A stretch of DNA of 62,310 nt, counting the filler, from Stramenopiles sp. TOSAG23-3 (taxonomy: Eukaryota), in assembly GCA_900128585.1 (NCBI GenBank). It is 19 parts of 19 records of this genome, joined end to end, with 100 filler letters (N's around TTAATTAATTAA, not from the genome) between each part and the next. Parts side by side here need not be neighbours in the genome. Positions count along the whole stretch, not along the records: positions 1 to 3,202 come from LT644363.1; positions 3,303 to 6,501 come from LT644364.1; positions 6,602 to 9,799 come from LT644365.1; positions 9,900 to 13,093 come from LT644366.1; 15 more parts are not named here. One strand, given 5' to 3'. The notes under the pieces were generated by a model, which was not told where the DNA came from, did not search any database, and was given only the letters and a program-made list of their open reading frames with translations. Below are positions 1-11,420 of this stretch, in pieces. How positions within the stretch are numbered: position 1 is the stretch's first letter; every line of letters starts with the position of its first letter. The translations under genes and the position numbers were made by a program.

Positions 1-1
1 C

Positions 2-3000
2 GACAACACCCTCGCAGTAGAAGGATCGCGCAACGTACAAAATTTAATAATGAAAATTACTGGCATTCAAAGTGGGGCTGCTTCAAGGTTATCATCTTTA
101 ATTTTAGAAATAGATGCCATGCTTCAAGGACTGAAGAAGCGACACGAGGACGAGAGAAGATCAGTCCTGCTTGAAGGGGAGGGGAAGCAAAAGTTCACCA
201 ATGATGCTATAAAGCACGTGCGCGTCCTTCTTCAACAAGCAAGGGAAGAGAAAGACCAAGTGCAAACCATGCTGAATGAATCTAAAAATGAATTGGTCGG
301 TCTCCAAAAAGAGCTCATTCACGAACGAACGAAAGTCAGCATGAAGACTATGTTACAAAAAAGCGGGATAAAAAAGATGACGAAGCAAAATCAAATGAAA
401 TCAGATTTGTCAAAGTTGAAAAATGCATTAAAGGAAATTGATGAGCTAAAAGAACAAAACGCGAAATTAAAATTGAAGTTAAACTCCCAAACGGACTACG
501 ACGAACTAAAAACTGCCCTGAACGTTTCCCAGGCAAATGTAAAGGTACAATTGAAAAAGCTAGAGACGTTGCAAATCGAATTCGATAAAAGCAGAAAAGA
601 AAATCTAGAGCTAGTCGGGTCTGTTGATGCTCTTGAGCGGGGCTATGCACATGCAAAAGAGTCAACAGCTGCCCAGCAAGTTCAAATTGACAACTTACTC
701 CGAAAACAAAAATCGTTGGTCAATCAAGCCAAGGATTCTGAGGGTAAAAAGCTTGAGGCACTCGAGAACGATTTTGCGAAGTCTAAGAAAAAGAATGCCC
801 AAAAACTTCAGGAATTGCATGTTGAAACGAACAGTAGCCTTGAACGGGCAGAAAATGCAAAAGCAGAGGCCTTGTTGCAACTTAAAAAGCTACAAATAGA
901 GAAACTTGAACTTCGCGATGAAAACACTGCATTAAAGAAGAAGCTGCGAGATTCAAAAAACAAACTGCAGCTTTTTAGTACCAAAGCAAAACGGGGGAAC
1001 AATGTGATGGACGATGTTCAAAAACATGGGGCAGAGCAAGACGCAAGGAAGATTAAAGACCTTTCCGAACAACTGAAAGTGACAGAGACAAATTTGAAAT
1101 CGTTTCGACGGAGCTCTGTCGAACTGCAACGAAGTCAATTTGACACAAAAACAATTTTGGAAGAAAACCAAACTATGTCGGCACGAATTCACACCACTGA
1201 GACAATGCTCCTAAATGCACAAGAACAACTGAAGCTCGTAACTTCGCAAAAAGAGGAAATGCAAAGGCAGTTGCATGTAGCAGAATCCCAAATTACATTA
1301 TGGAAAAATAGGTATGAGCTATTCAAGTTCCAAAATGAGGCAAATGCTGTCGTAGCAGAAATGCAAAAAAAACAGCTGAAGCAAGTTTTGTCAACAGAGC
1401 AAAACAAACTCAAAATTGCTGCGAAAAAAATCATAGATACAAAGTCGTCGAATGACATAGAGGTTGAGATTCGTGCGGCCTCAAATACTATGATTTCCGA
1501 CCTAAAAGAGGAAGTTAAAAAACTAGAAATTATGCTAGAGTTGGAAAAGAAAGGGCGTCGAGATGATGCTATTAAACACACCATAACGCTTGCGTCCCGC
1601 GTCCAAGATGCTGTCAAGAACTTGGTTCCTCCGGGCATTGACAGAGCCGTAAGCCCATTCTTCTCCCTAAACGATGATGATTTATACATTCCACGCTCTC
1701 CTCTGCCGACTCCCTCTGACGACGAAGATCCCGATTCTTGCAATTGCGAAGATGACCAGAAAGACTTGGACGAAACGAGCAAAGTCTCACGAGATAGAAC
1801 AGAATCGTCGGCTTCGTCTTCCTCTCCATCTCGTATGTGGTCTCCTGGTTCGAATAGAGGGAACGTTAGGAATCTTAGAGATCGCACAACATCTGTGAGT
1901 GGATTAAATACACGGAGTGTCACAGATCGAGACTTGGGGCTGTATCGGTGCAAAGACAAATCGTTTAGGCCGTTTTGGTCAAATGCCCAGTTACATGGTG
2001 CTCCGTATAAAAATTTTGGTCTGCCCGTTCCTGCTGCGAGATTGAACCCTCCCAGATGCTTTTCTCCGTCTAACGTATCGGTAAGTGAGGATTCCGATGA
2101 CGACAGTTCCAGTGAAAATCCAAATGCTGAGGATAACGATATTGCATTCAATGTGCCTGGTGATCTGTTCAGCACAGTTACAAAAACGGTTGGGAAGAAA
2201 GTTTTATTAGAAACGAGAGGGACCCAGGCAGATGACCAAGACGTTCGGGGCGGCGAAACAATTGCAATGCTCGAGCAACGAGTCATAGAACTACAGCAAA
2301 TCGTCTACCTAATGGATTCGCTAGTGCCCCAGAAAAGGTTTTATGTAACAAAGGCAGGGTTGGGCTCCAACAAGCACTCAAGAATACGGTCATATAGCAA
2401 ACCAAACGTTGCACCTCCTCCGTTAGACGCTTGTAAAGATTTGCTCTGGCTCCAAAACCGGGAACTATCTGGGCAACGAAAAATGCAGACAGTCGATAAC
2501 TGGGTATATTTCATGACCGCTCTCAAATGGCTGCGAATTAGGAACCGCTTAAAACATCGTTACACAAGCGTAGCGTCGCTTGTGTCAAAGAAAAGGCATT
2601 ATTGCCAAACCGTGTTTTCCCTTCGCAGAAAAGTGTATACGCAGCAGCGACAAAAGCAGTGGAAGCAGACGCTCGATACTTTAGTGGCATTGAGCAACTA
2701 TTGCAATGGAAAAAGCAGCGCAAACGTCAAGAAAGCTCCACTTGCCCTCCCGTTCAGCAACGAAGATGCCAATGATAACCCATGCGTACAGCCGCAAAGG
2801 GTCCAGGCGATATTGCCGTTTCTACCTAAAAATATGTTCAGAATGACTTCAAACCAACAAGTTCAGATTTTGACGGAAGCTCTGAACTATGCTATTAGCG
2901 ACAAGATAAAAGAACCTACAGAGGGGGGGGGGGTATCGGGCGAGTGTTCTGGCTCTGTTTCTGTCACAAACACCAACGCGCTTCGGCCTTTAAACACAGT

Positions 3001-3202
3001 GAAAACACAGAGCACTCCATACGTACAAAGGAAAGTTGCCGAAATGAACGAAACAATTGCACGAAAAATCAGCGCGAATAGACCGTCCACTTCCTCGGAT
3101 TCATCGAGAAAGCGTTCGTCGCTTAGCCACCAGAAGCACGAGGCCCCGCGTATGCCCACAAGCCTGCGGCCAAAAACGTCCGCCGCTCCCAGCAGAAATG
3201 CC
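2..3202 (+). CDS. Large coiled-coil protein of unknown function, partial at both ends
   Basis: Frame open from base 2 to the contig end. About 500 aa of K/E/L/Q heptad-rich sequence, then Ser/Asp-rich disordered region. Confidence 0.75.
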
Positions 3203-3302
3203 NNNNNNNNNNNNNNNNNNNNNNNNNNNNNNNNNNNNNNNNNNNNTTAATTAATTAANNNNNNNNNNNNNNNNNNNNNNNNNNNNNNNNNNNNNNNNNN
3301 NN
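3203..3302. other. Artificial contig linker (N-run + TTAATTAATTAA + N-run); first of 18
   Basis: Six-frame stop spacer recurs about every 3.28 kb (cores at 3247, 6546, 9844, 13138, 16428, 19717, 23005, 26292, 29578, 32864, 36149, 39433, 42716, 45995, 49274, 52552, 55820, 59088). Confidence 0.98.
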
Positions 3303-3303
3303 G

Positions 3304-5869
3304 AGCCGTTTCAATTCACGAAATGTTCTTGTCGCAATATTTACTCAAAACGATGCCGAAGCGAAAGAGGCGCGCCCCTTCGACGGCGCCCCCTCCTCCG
3401 ACGGCGTTGAAAACGGGTTGAACGTGTACCAGGTCGGGACCGTGGGGCGCGTCGTCCAGCTGAGCAGAAGCGGCACGGACCGGTACCACATGCTCGTTCA
3501 AGGCGTGTGCCGGACTCGCCTGAAGACGATCACGCAGCGAATACCGTTTTATCGCGCGGAGGGCGAAATACTCAAAGATGTAGGCTCCGAGGACGACCCA
3601 GTCGCGCGGGCCCTCGCGGTGAAAGTTCGAAAGGCCGCGGAGGAGATTCTCGAGTCGCAGCAGACTCCGCGCAACGGGAAGCCGGTCAAACTTGGGTCGC
3701 CGACGAAGAATTTCTTGAACACCCTACGGCAGCTTTCGTTGGGCCAGCTGGCCGATGTCTTGACGGGCACGATCGGCGGGGGGTCGACGAAAAGTACGAG
3801 GTGTTGGAGGCGACCAACATCCGGGAGAGGCTGGAAAAGGCGTTGGCACTCGTGCAGAAGCAGTTGGAGACTTTGAAGATATCGAAGAAGATTCAAAGCC
3901 AGGTAGAGGGAAGCCTAAAGAGTTCGCAGCGAGAGTACATACTGCGCCAGCAGCTGAAAGCGATCCAGAAGGAACTGGGGGAGGGGGGGGGGGGGAGGAA
4001 GGCGATGAGATAAAGCACTTGACCGAGCGCTTGGAGGCGCTGCCGCTGCCGCCTGACACTCGCAAAACCGTGAACCGGGAGCTGAAGCGCCTCGCGCGGA
4101 TGCAGCCCGTTCAACCAGAGTACTCCGTCATCCAGTCGTACTTGGAATGGATGGTAGAGCTTCCCTGGGGGAAGTACTCCCCCGATAATATTGACGTCGC
4201 CCGCGTGAAGCAGCAGCTAGACCAGGACCATTTTGGACTGGAAAAGGTGAAGCGGAGGTTGGTAGAATTTTTGGCCATCAAGCAGCTGCACGACATGAAG
4301 CAGGGGGCGGGGCACAGCGAGATTGTCGAGGCAACGGGAAACGCCCCACCGGGGGACAGCGAGGCGGCGGGTGGGGTCGGTGCTACGCCCGCCGCGCCCA
4401 AGCGAAAGAAGGGGAGGACCGCGGGGGCCATACTGTGCCTCGTTGGCCCGCCGGGCGTCGGGAAGACGTCCTTGGGGAACTCCGTTGCCAAAGCGTTGGG
4501 GCGCACCTTTCACCGAATGGCGCTGGGGGGCGTTCGGGACGAGGCCGAGCTTCGTGGGCACCGGCGCACGTACATCGGCGCAATGCCGGGGAACATAATC
4601 GCCGGGATGAAGAAGGCCGGGACGCAGAACCCTGTCATTTTGTTGGACGAAGTGGACAAGCTTGGGCGAGATAACCGAGGGGACCCGGCGTCCGCCCTGT
4701 TGGAAATCTTGGACCCCGAGCAGAACGAGCACTTTGTCGACCATTACCTGAACACGGAGTTTGACCTGTCGGAAGTTCTGTTTTTCGCAACTGCGAACGA
4801 CCTGGCCAACATCCCAGGGCCGCTCCGGGACAGGATGGAGATAATCCAGATCCCAGGGTACACGACGATGGAGAAGGTCAAAATCGCGGAAAACCATTTG
4901 ATCCCGCGTGCGGTCCAGAGGCACGCCTTGGAGCCCAACGATTTCAAAATGCCGACCGCTGCCGTCCAGTTCTTGATTCGAAACTACACGCGCGAAGCAG
5001 GCGTCCGTGGGCTGGAACGGGAATTGTCCGGCCTGTGCCGGGCGATTGCAGTCCGGTACGCCGAGTGGATGGGAGCGAATGGGAACGTGGCAGGCTCGGC
5101 CTTCCGGGCGCCCATAGTAAACGAGCGATTTGTTGAAGAAGTGCTCGGTCCAGTCCGGTACCTTTCCGAAGCGGCGCTGAGGGTGACGGTCCCGGGAGTC
5201 GCGACAGGTCTTGCATGGACCGCCGTGGGCGGCGAACTTTTATTTATTGAAAGCACACGGTACCGCGGAAATGGGCAGCTGACGCTTACAGGGCAACTCG
5301 GGAGTGTCATGAAAGAGTCTGCTAGCACAGCGCTAAGTTGGATTCGCGCCAATGTCATCGAACTGGGTTTGCAAGAGCCGGCCTTGCTGCACGATCAGGT
5401 GCCGCTGTTAAAGTACTACGACGTACATCTACATTTCCCGGCGGGCGCGGTGCCGAAAGACGGGCCTTCAGCTGGTGTTGCGATAACGTCTGCCCTTGTA
5501 TCGCTGTTTTTAGGAAGGCGTGTACGAAGTGACACGGCGATGACAGGAGAAGTTACCCTGCGAGGAAAGGTGCTGCCCGTGGGGGGCATAAAGGAGAAGA
5601 GCCTTGCTGCCCACCGAGAAGGAATACGCCGTTTGATCCTTCCGAAGAAGAACCAAAAGGATTTGACGGACATCCCTAGAGAAATCCGAAAGGAGATGGA
5701 AATTATTTTTGTGGAAAGAATCGAGCAGGCCTTGGACGCCGTGATGGAAGGTGGGGTTGAATTTGGAACGGACGAAAGCAAGCGGGCACTACCCGCCAGT
5801 CTGGAAAGGACCATAAACACAAGGGCCCAGAACATCGCAGCGAAAGATTTCTTGATGTCTAACTTGTAA
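3304..5869 (+). CDS. LONP2: Lon protease, peroxisomal type (LONP2-like); 5' partial; two apparent frameshifts in G runs
   Basis: N-domain (VGTVGRVVQL..LVQGVCR), QREYILRQQLKAIQKELG, Walker A GPPGVGKTS, ILLDEVDK, catalytic PKDGPSAG and VGGIKEK, C-terminal SNL (PTS1-like). Homology switches frame at G runs near 3778-3784 and 3983-3995. Confidence 0.9.
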
Positions 5870-6412
5870 TTTGATAATAATATTTGTTTCTATTTGTTTT
5901 GAAGAAGAAAAGAAAGTAGTAACGAAGGTCGTCGGTATTATTATTTATAGTATATTAATAACAAAATAGAGTTTTATTTCTTCATCATCCACCATTCCAT
6001 ATCATATCATCATGTCTCTATATAATTTATTACTCATAATAATATCCTCTTCTTCTTTCTTCTTCTTCTTTCTTCTTCTTTCTTCTTCTTCTTCTTTCTT
6101 CTTCTTCTTCTTTTTCTTCTTCTTCATCTTCTTTCTTCTTCTTCTTTCTTCTTCTTTCTTCTTCTCTTTGTTTTTTGTTGGTTGGGGAAAAAATTAGTAA
6201 GTATAAGAAGAAGATATTTTTTTACGACGGGTGTTTTTTATATCGCTAAACTTACCGGTACCTGGTACCGACGGAACATTTCTTCTGCACTTTTGCGTTA
6301 GTACACTCGGTATATGTTGTGATAAACCGTTGAACAATTGAACTGTGAGAGTGGCCCGAACAGTCCAAGGAGACGACAGAGGAGGGGCGGGGGGAAACAA
6401 TTTCCGACAGCA

Positions 6413-6501
6413 ATGGATTCTTCTCAAGCAACACGGACGAGGCGGATTTTGGACCATTTAAGACCAATGCCGTCAAGTGCGCCGGAAGTTCGTAACGGCT
6501 T
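6413..6501 (+). CDS. 5' fragment of a putative PTS2-targeted peroxisomal protein
   Basis: MDSSQATRTRRILDHLRP... contains the nonapeptide RTRRILDHL (R-T-x5-H-L). Cut off by the linker. Confidence 0.5.
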
Positions 6502-7102
6502 NNNNNNNNNNNNNNNNNNNNNNNNNNNNNNNNNNNNNNNNNNNNTTAATTAATTAANNNNNNNNNNNNNNNNNNNNNNNNNNNNNNNNNNNNNNNNNNN
6601 NTCTAAGAAAGAGATCCATTTGATGCTATTGGATGTATCTTTACAAAGAAGAAGATGAAACCATATATTATAACGAATAATATACATATACACAGCATGT
6701 ATATTATTATATAGTTATACTTAATATAATTCATTGGCTCTAATGGAAATGAGGAAGATTTTTAATTATTAATTCTCTCTCTTCTTTCTTCTTCTTCTTT
6801 TTTTTCTTCTTCTTCTTCTTCTTTTCTTCTTCTTCTTTCTTTTAATTCTTCCTTCTTCTTCTTCTTTCTTTTCTTCTCTTCTTCTTTTTTTCGCTAAAAA
6901 AAAAAAAATATTATAAAAAAATAAATAAAAAATGGCTTCTTTCTATATAAAGCAACATTTAAACGCATTGAATTTTATATACATATCGAAATTGAAGGAG
7001 ATGAAGAATCCGACGCGGATATAAGGTTTGAGATTATCACAGTCCATTGAAGGCATTGCGAACGAACGAAACGAACGAAAGGAAACAACACACGCACGCA
7101 CG

Positions 7103-9277
7103 ATGCCAACGACCGAGGAACAGATAGCTGCCCTGGCACAGGACGCGAGCAAGGAGAGGAAGAAAGCGAAAAAGGAGAAAAAATCAAAGAAAGAGAAAAA
7201 ATCAAAGAAAGAGAAAAAATCAAAGAAGGACAAGAAGGCGAGCGCCGGGGGCGACTCGAGCGGCAGCGAGGCAGAGGTCTCCTTCGATGACCTGAAGGCG
7301 ACGAAGCGGAAGCGCCGGGCGTCCTTCGCGGACGACGTGGTCTCCCCGAAAAAGTCCTCGGCGAACCCGGCCAAGATACGAAAGACGATGGACCCCGAGG
7401 GGCGCCCACGGACGCGCTCGTTCGACAAGGGGACGGCAAAAATGTCCGAAGGGAAGGATGAGAACGGGAACCCGCCGTTGACTGACTTTCCGCTCCACCA
7501 GAAGACCATCACGGCCCTTCTCGGACGGGGGATCACCCACCTCTTCCCGATCCAGGCCCTGACCTTCAACACGATCTACAAGGGGAAGGACGTCATCGGC
7601 CGGGCCCGGACGGGGTGCGGGAAGACCCTCGCGTTCGCCCTCCCGATCATCGAGCGCCTCCGCACCGACGAGAGGGTCCAGGCGAAGGCGAGGGGGCGCG
7701 CGCCCGTCTGCCTCGTCCTCGCCCCGACGCGGGAGCTCGCCCGCCAGGTCGCGAAGGAGTTCGAGAGCGTCTCCCCCTCCCTCTCCCACACCTGCATCTA
7801 CGGCGGGGCCTCGTACGAGCCGCAGAAGAGCGCCCTGTGGAAGGGCGTCGACATCGTCGTCGGGACGCCCGGCCGGATCATCGACCACATCGAGCAGCGG
7901 ACCCTGCGCCTGGACGCGCTCTCGTACTTCATCCTGGACGAGGCCGACCAGATGCTGGACATGGGGTTCCAGGAGGACATCCAGAAGGTCGTCGACGCGA
8001 TCCCGCGGGAGGACGGGCGAAAGCTCCAGACGCTCCTGTTCAGCGCGACCCTCCCCTCCTGGGTCAAGCAGACCGCGAAGAAGTACATGGTGGAGCCCGA
8101 AACGATCGACCTCGTCCAGGACGACAACCGGAAGGCGTCCACGAGCGTCCAGCACCTCTGCATCAAGTGCCCGTGGCAGAAGAAGCCCGCCGCGGCCGGG
8201 GACTGCATCCGCGTCTACGGCGGGACCTCCGGCCGGGCCATCCTGTTCTGCGAGACCAAGAAGGAGTGCAACGAGCTGTCCCAGGACCAGAACCTGAACG
8301 TCGTCCGCGGCGGCTGCGGCGTCCTCCACGGGGACATTCCGCAGAAGCAGCGGGAGCGGACGATGCAGGCCTTCCGCGACAGCAAGATTCGCATCCTGAT
8401 CGCCACGGACGTCGCCGCCCGCGGCCTCGACGTCGACGGGGTCGACCTCGTCATCCAGACCCAGCCCCCGGCGAAGAACTTCAGCGGCCGCGCCGACACG
8501 GAGACCTACGTGCACCGCTCCGGCCGGACGGGCCGGGCGGGGCGCAAGGGGACGTGCATCACGTTCTTCACCCACGCCCAGGAGCCCTTGATCACCAGCA
8601 TCGAGCGGGTGATTGGGAACGAGATCAAGCGGATCGGGACCCCCCAGCTGGAGGAATTGGCCCAGGCCTCCGGCATGGTGGAGGCGGAGAAGTGCAAGAA
8701 CGTGGACAAGCGGCTCCTGGAGTACTTTCGCCCCGCGGTGGACGAGCTTTTGACCGCGTTCGAGAGCCCCGAGCTGGCCCTCTGCGCCGCGCTCGCCCAG
8801 GCCGCCGGGTACAGCGCGTACAACCCCCGATCCCTCCTCAGCGCCGAGGAAGGGTTCAAGACCGTCATGTTCCAGTCCGGGCTCGACCAGCCCATGGGGA
8901 CCGCCAGCTACGTCTGGTCCCACATACGGCGGGAATTCTCCGCCGTCCTCGCGGACCAGGTCCGGGGGATGACCGTGACGGACGACGGGACCGGGGCGGT
9001 GTTCGACGTTCGCGCGAAGGACGTCGCAGAGGTAGAAAAGTACGTGGGCAAGAAGGGGGAAAAGGCCCTGTTTACGTTCCCAAAGGAGTTGCCGAAACTG
9101 AAGCAAAGGGAGCGAACCCCGATGCGCCGGGGGGGGCGGGGGGGCGGGCGCTTCGGACGCGGCCGTGGCAGGGGTGGTGGACGCGGGCGTGGCCGAGGCA
9201 GCTACGGGGGCGGCCGAGGCAGGGGCGGCGGCGGCCGTGGCAGGGGCGGGCGCGGAGGGGGGCGCGGGAGGCGTTGA
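7103..9277 (+). CDS. DDX21: Nucleolar DEAD-box RNA helicase (DDX21/DDX50-like)
   Basis: LFPIQ, ARTGCGKT, PTRELA, TPGR, DEAD, SAT, ARGLD, YVHRSGRTGRAG. KKEKKS repeats at the N-terminus, GUCT-like region and RGG tail. First ATG at 7103. Confidence 0.9.
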   Translation: MPTTEEQIAALAQDASKERKKAKKEKKSKKEKKSKKEKKSKKDKKASAGGDSSGSEAEVSFDDLKATKRKRRASFADDVVSPKKSSANPAKIRKTMDPEGRPRTRSFDKGTAKMSEGKDENGNPPLTDFPLHQKTITALLGRGITHLFPIQALTFNTIYKGKDVIGRARTGCGKTLAFALPIIERLRTDERVQAKARGRAPVCLVLAPTRELARQVAKEFESVSPSLSHTCIYGGASYEPQKSALWKGVDIVVGTPGRIIDHIEQRTLRLDALSYFILDEADQMLDMGFQEDIQKVVDAIPREDGRKLQTLLFSATLPSWVKQTAKKYMVEPETIDLVQDDNRKASTSVQHLCIKCPWQKKPAAAGDCIRVYGGTSGRAILFCETKKECNELSQDQNLNVVRGGCGVLHGDIPQKQRERTMQAFRDSKIRILIATDVAARGLDVDGVDLVIQTQPPAKNFSGRADTETYVHRSGRTGRAGRKGTCITFFTHAQEPLITSIERVIGNEIKRIGTPQLEELAQASGMVEAEKCKNVDKRLLEYFRPAVDELLTAFESPELALCAALAQAAGYSAYNPRSLLSAEEGFKTVMFQSGLDQPMGTASYVWSHIRREFSAVLADQVRGMTVTDDGTGAVFDVRAKDVAEVEKYVGKKGEKALFTFPKELPKLKQRERTPMRRGGRGGGRFGRGRGRGGGRGRGRGSYGGGRGRGGGGRGRGGRGGGRGRR

Positions 9278-9901
9278 GAACGTTTTGTTTTTGTTTGGAA
9301 AATGTGTGGAATATAATAAAAACATATTTTTTGTTTTAAAAAAATAAAATACACAAAGTAGTAGTTTTTTCCGAAAAACAAATACAAAACTTTTCCGAAT
9401 TACGAACTACGAAGTACACTGTTCAAACCAGAGAAACGAAAAGGGTGTACCTATTACCAGGGCTAAGATAGTTGTTGAAACTAAATGAAATTTGGAACAA
9501 CCAGACATCGACAAAAGAGGAAGAAGAGAAGATGGATTAAAGCCTCATCATTCGAATTAAATAAAAAAATAGTTTAAATATATATAATAATAATAATAAT
9601 AATTATAATAATTAATAGTCTAATATTATTATAATATACAAATATGATTATTATGATAGGGAATGGTTTGAAAGAGCTGTTCATTTTTTTTTAACTTATT
9701 TTTTTAGTTTCTGTTTCATTCCTTCGATACTAATTTGTAATCAATGCTATGTACCTGTTAATCATGATAAAACTAAAAATGCGCAAAACCGCTGCTTTGN
9801 NNNNNNNNNNNNNNNNNNNNNNNNNNNNNNNNNNNNNNNNNNNTTAATTAATTAANNNNNNNNNNNNNNNNNNNNNNNNNNNNNNNNNNNNNNNNNNNNT
9901 A

Positions 9902-10144
9902 TTCGTTCTTCTTTTTTCTTCTTCTTCTTCTTCTTTTTTTTCTTCTTTTTTTTCTTCTTTTTTTTTCTTCTTTTTTTTCTTCTTTTTTTTTCTTCTTTTT
10001 TTTTTTCAAAAATTATTATGATGATGAATTTCTAATTTCAAATTGTACTGCACTCCCAGTAACTCTTCTGAACAGTGCAACGAATTCAGTTACTTTTGAT
10101 CACAATATGGAAGCCAATTACAGAACCCTAAAAATCGAATTAGT
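9902..10144 (+). repeat. Left terminal inverted repeat
   Basis: TTCGTTCTTC.. pyrimidine tract, then ..CAAATTGTACTGCACTCCCAGTAACTCTTCTGAACAGTGCAACG..AATCGAATTAGT. Reverse complement of the right end apart from a few substitutions and small indels. Confidence 0.93.
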
Positions 10145-10169
10145 TTAAGCGACAATCAAGAAAAAAAAT

Positions 10170-11261
10170 ATGGATAATATAATTGGTAACCCACAACCAA
10201 GAAGGTGGGGGGCAAGAGTTGAGTATACCGCAGTGCGGACAATGCTGCTGGAAGGGTGGACCCCAGCGCAAATGCACGATCGGAACAAAATGATCAGTGA
10301 GGATTTTTTTAGGCGTTTATTGTCCCATTGGCGGCTTCACGAAGAGCTCCCATATGAGACGCGAATTTGGGCGTCAAACTTCAAAACAGTCCAGCAAGGG
10401 ATGGCTCCTGGTGTGGTTCTAGTGCTGAAGGATTTGGCGCTGACACATCCTGACTGGTATCTGTACGAATACTGCAAGTGGCTGTTCAACCATGGGCATG
10501 GGTCATATCACCCCTCTACTGTAAGTAGACAGCTGCACAAACAAGGGCTCAGTTTAGCCGTATTAGATGACATTGCACGACAGAGGGATGCGGAAGAACG
10601 AGCAAGATTTCTTGATGAAATTCACTCTGTCAAATATGTTGAACAGTTTGTCTGTATTGATGAAACACAAAGAGACAGAAATGCAAGTAGAAGGCGAAGG
10701 GGGTGGGGCACAAAGGGCAAAATTCATTCACTTGTTCGACGCTGGCATGGATACCGGCATGATTTGCTGTACACAATGATTGGCGCTGTTGATGTGAATG
10801 GATTTATTCCAGAGTGTTGTCAGCTGGTGGCGAAACCAGAGACAGTTAATGCCGCGAAATTCACTCAATATATACAGGAATACATTTGCCCGGTTATTGG
10901 TAATTATCTGGAAGGAGAGCCACGAAGCGTGGTAACTATGGACAATGCAACTGTGCACAACCCTTTGGTTGTTGAAGCTTTAATTAATGATGCCGGCGGG
11001 CGTGTGATTTGGACGCCGCGTTATTCGCCGGATTTACACCCTATAGAAACGTGTTTCCACCAGTACAAAGCTTGTTTGAAGCGGTTGCACCACGAGGATG
11101 CATACTTAGATGTGTTTAAAGCACACCAGGATGCGATGAATAGCGTCTCGCGTGAAAACATGTTGAATTATTTTTCTTCACAGTGGGGAACACAGACACA
11201 AAATTACACAGAGAGTGAAGACTTACTTTTGATGGCCGTACTGTTGCTCGACGACGATTAA
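10170..11261 (+). CDS. DD34E transposase (IS630/Tc1-like)
   Basis: FVCIDET (D1), VVTMDNATVH (D2), PRYSPDLHPIE (E), with 34 residues between D2 and E. HTH-like PDWYLYEY..HPSTVSRQL upstream. Uninterrupted 363 aa. Confidence 0.92.
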   Translation: MDNIIGNPQPRRWGARVEYTAVRTMLLEGWTPAQMHDRNKMISEDFFRRLLSHWRLHEELPYETRIWASNFKTVQQGMAPGVVLVLKDLALTHPDWYLYEYCKWLFNHGHGSYHPSTVSRQLHKQGLSLAVLDDIARQRDAEERARFLDEIHSVKYVEQFVCIDETQRDRNASRRRRGWGTKGKIHSLVRRWHGYRHDLLYTMIGAVDVNGFIPECCQLVAKPETVNAAKFTQYIQEYICPVIGNYLEGEPRSVVTMDNATVHNPLVVEALINDAGGRVIWTPRYSPDLHPIETCFHQYKACLKRLHHEDAYLDVFKAHQDAMNSVSRENMLNYFSSQWGTQTQNYTESEDLLLMAVLLLDDD

Positions 11262-11420
11262 GACATTCTAATAATGTAATTGTAAACAGATTTAATAATC
11301 TAAAGTATATTTTAAGTGTACTCTTTTAATTTTTTCTCTCAAAAAATTTACTAAGAGAAAAGGCTCTGCGTGCTTTCACGGCACGGGAAACACTGCTCTT
11401 CTTTGGAACACATTACTGTT

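Noticed and set aside
3247-3258. Regularly spaced TTAATTAATTAA as a biological repeat
   Set aside because: Always embedded in N runs; an artificial six-frame stop linker.
7220-9339. Long antisense and alternate-frame ORFs over DDX21 (also over Lon, myotubularin, YqaJ, LTA4H)
   Set aside because: Expected shadows of high-GC3 coding sequence; no independent motifs.
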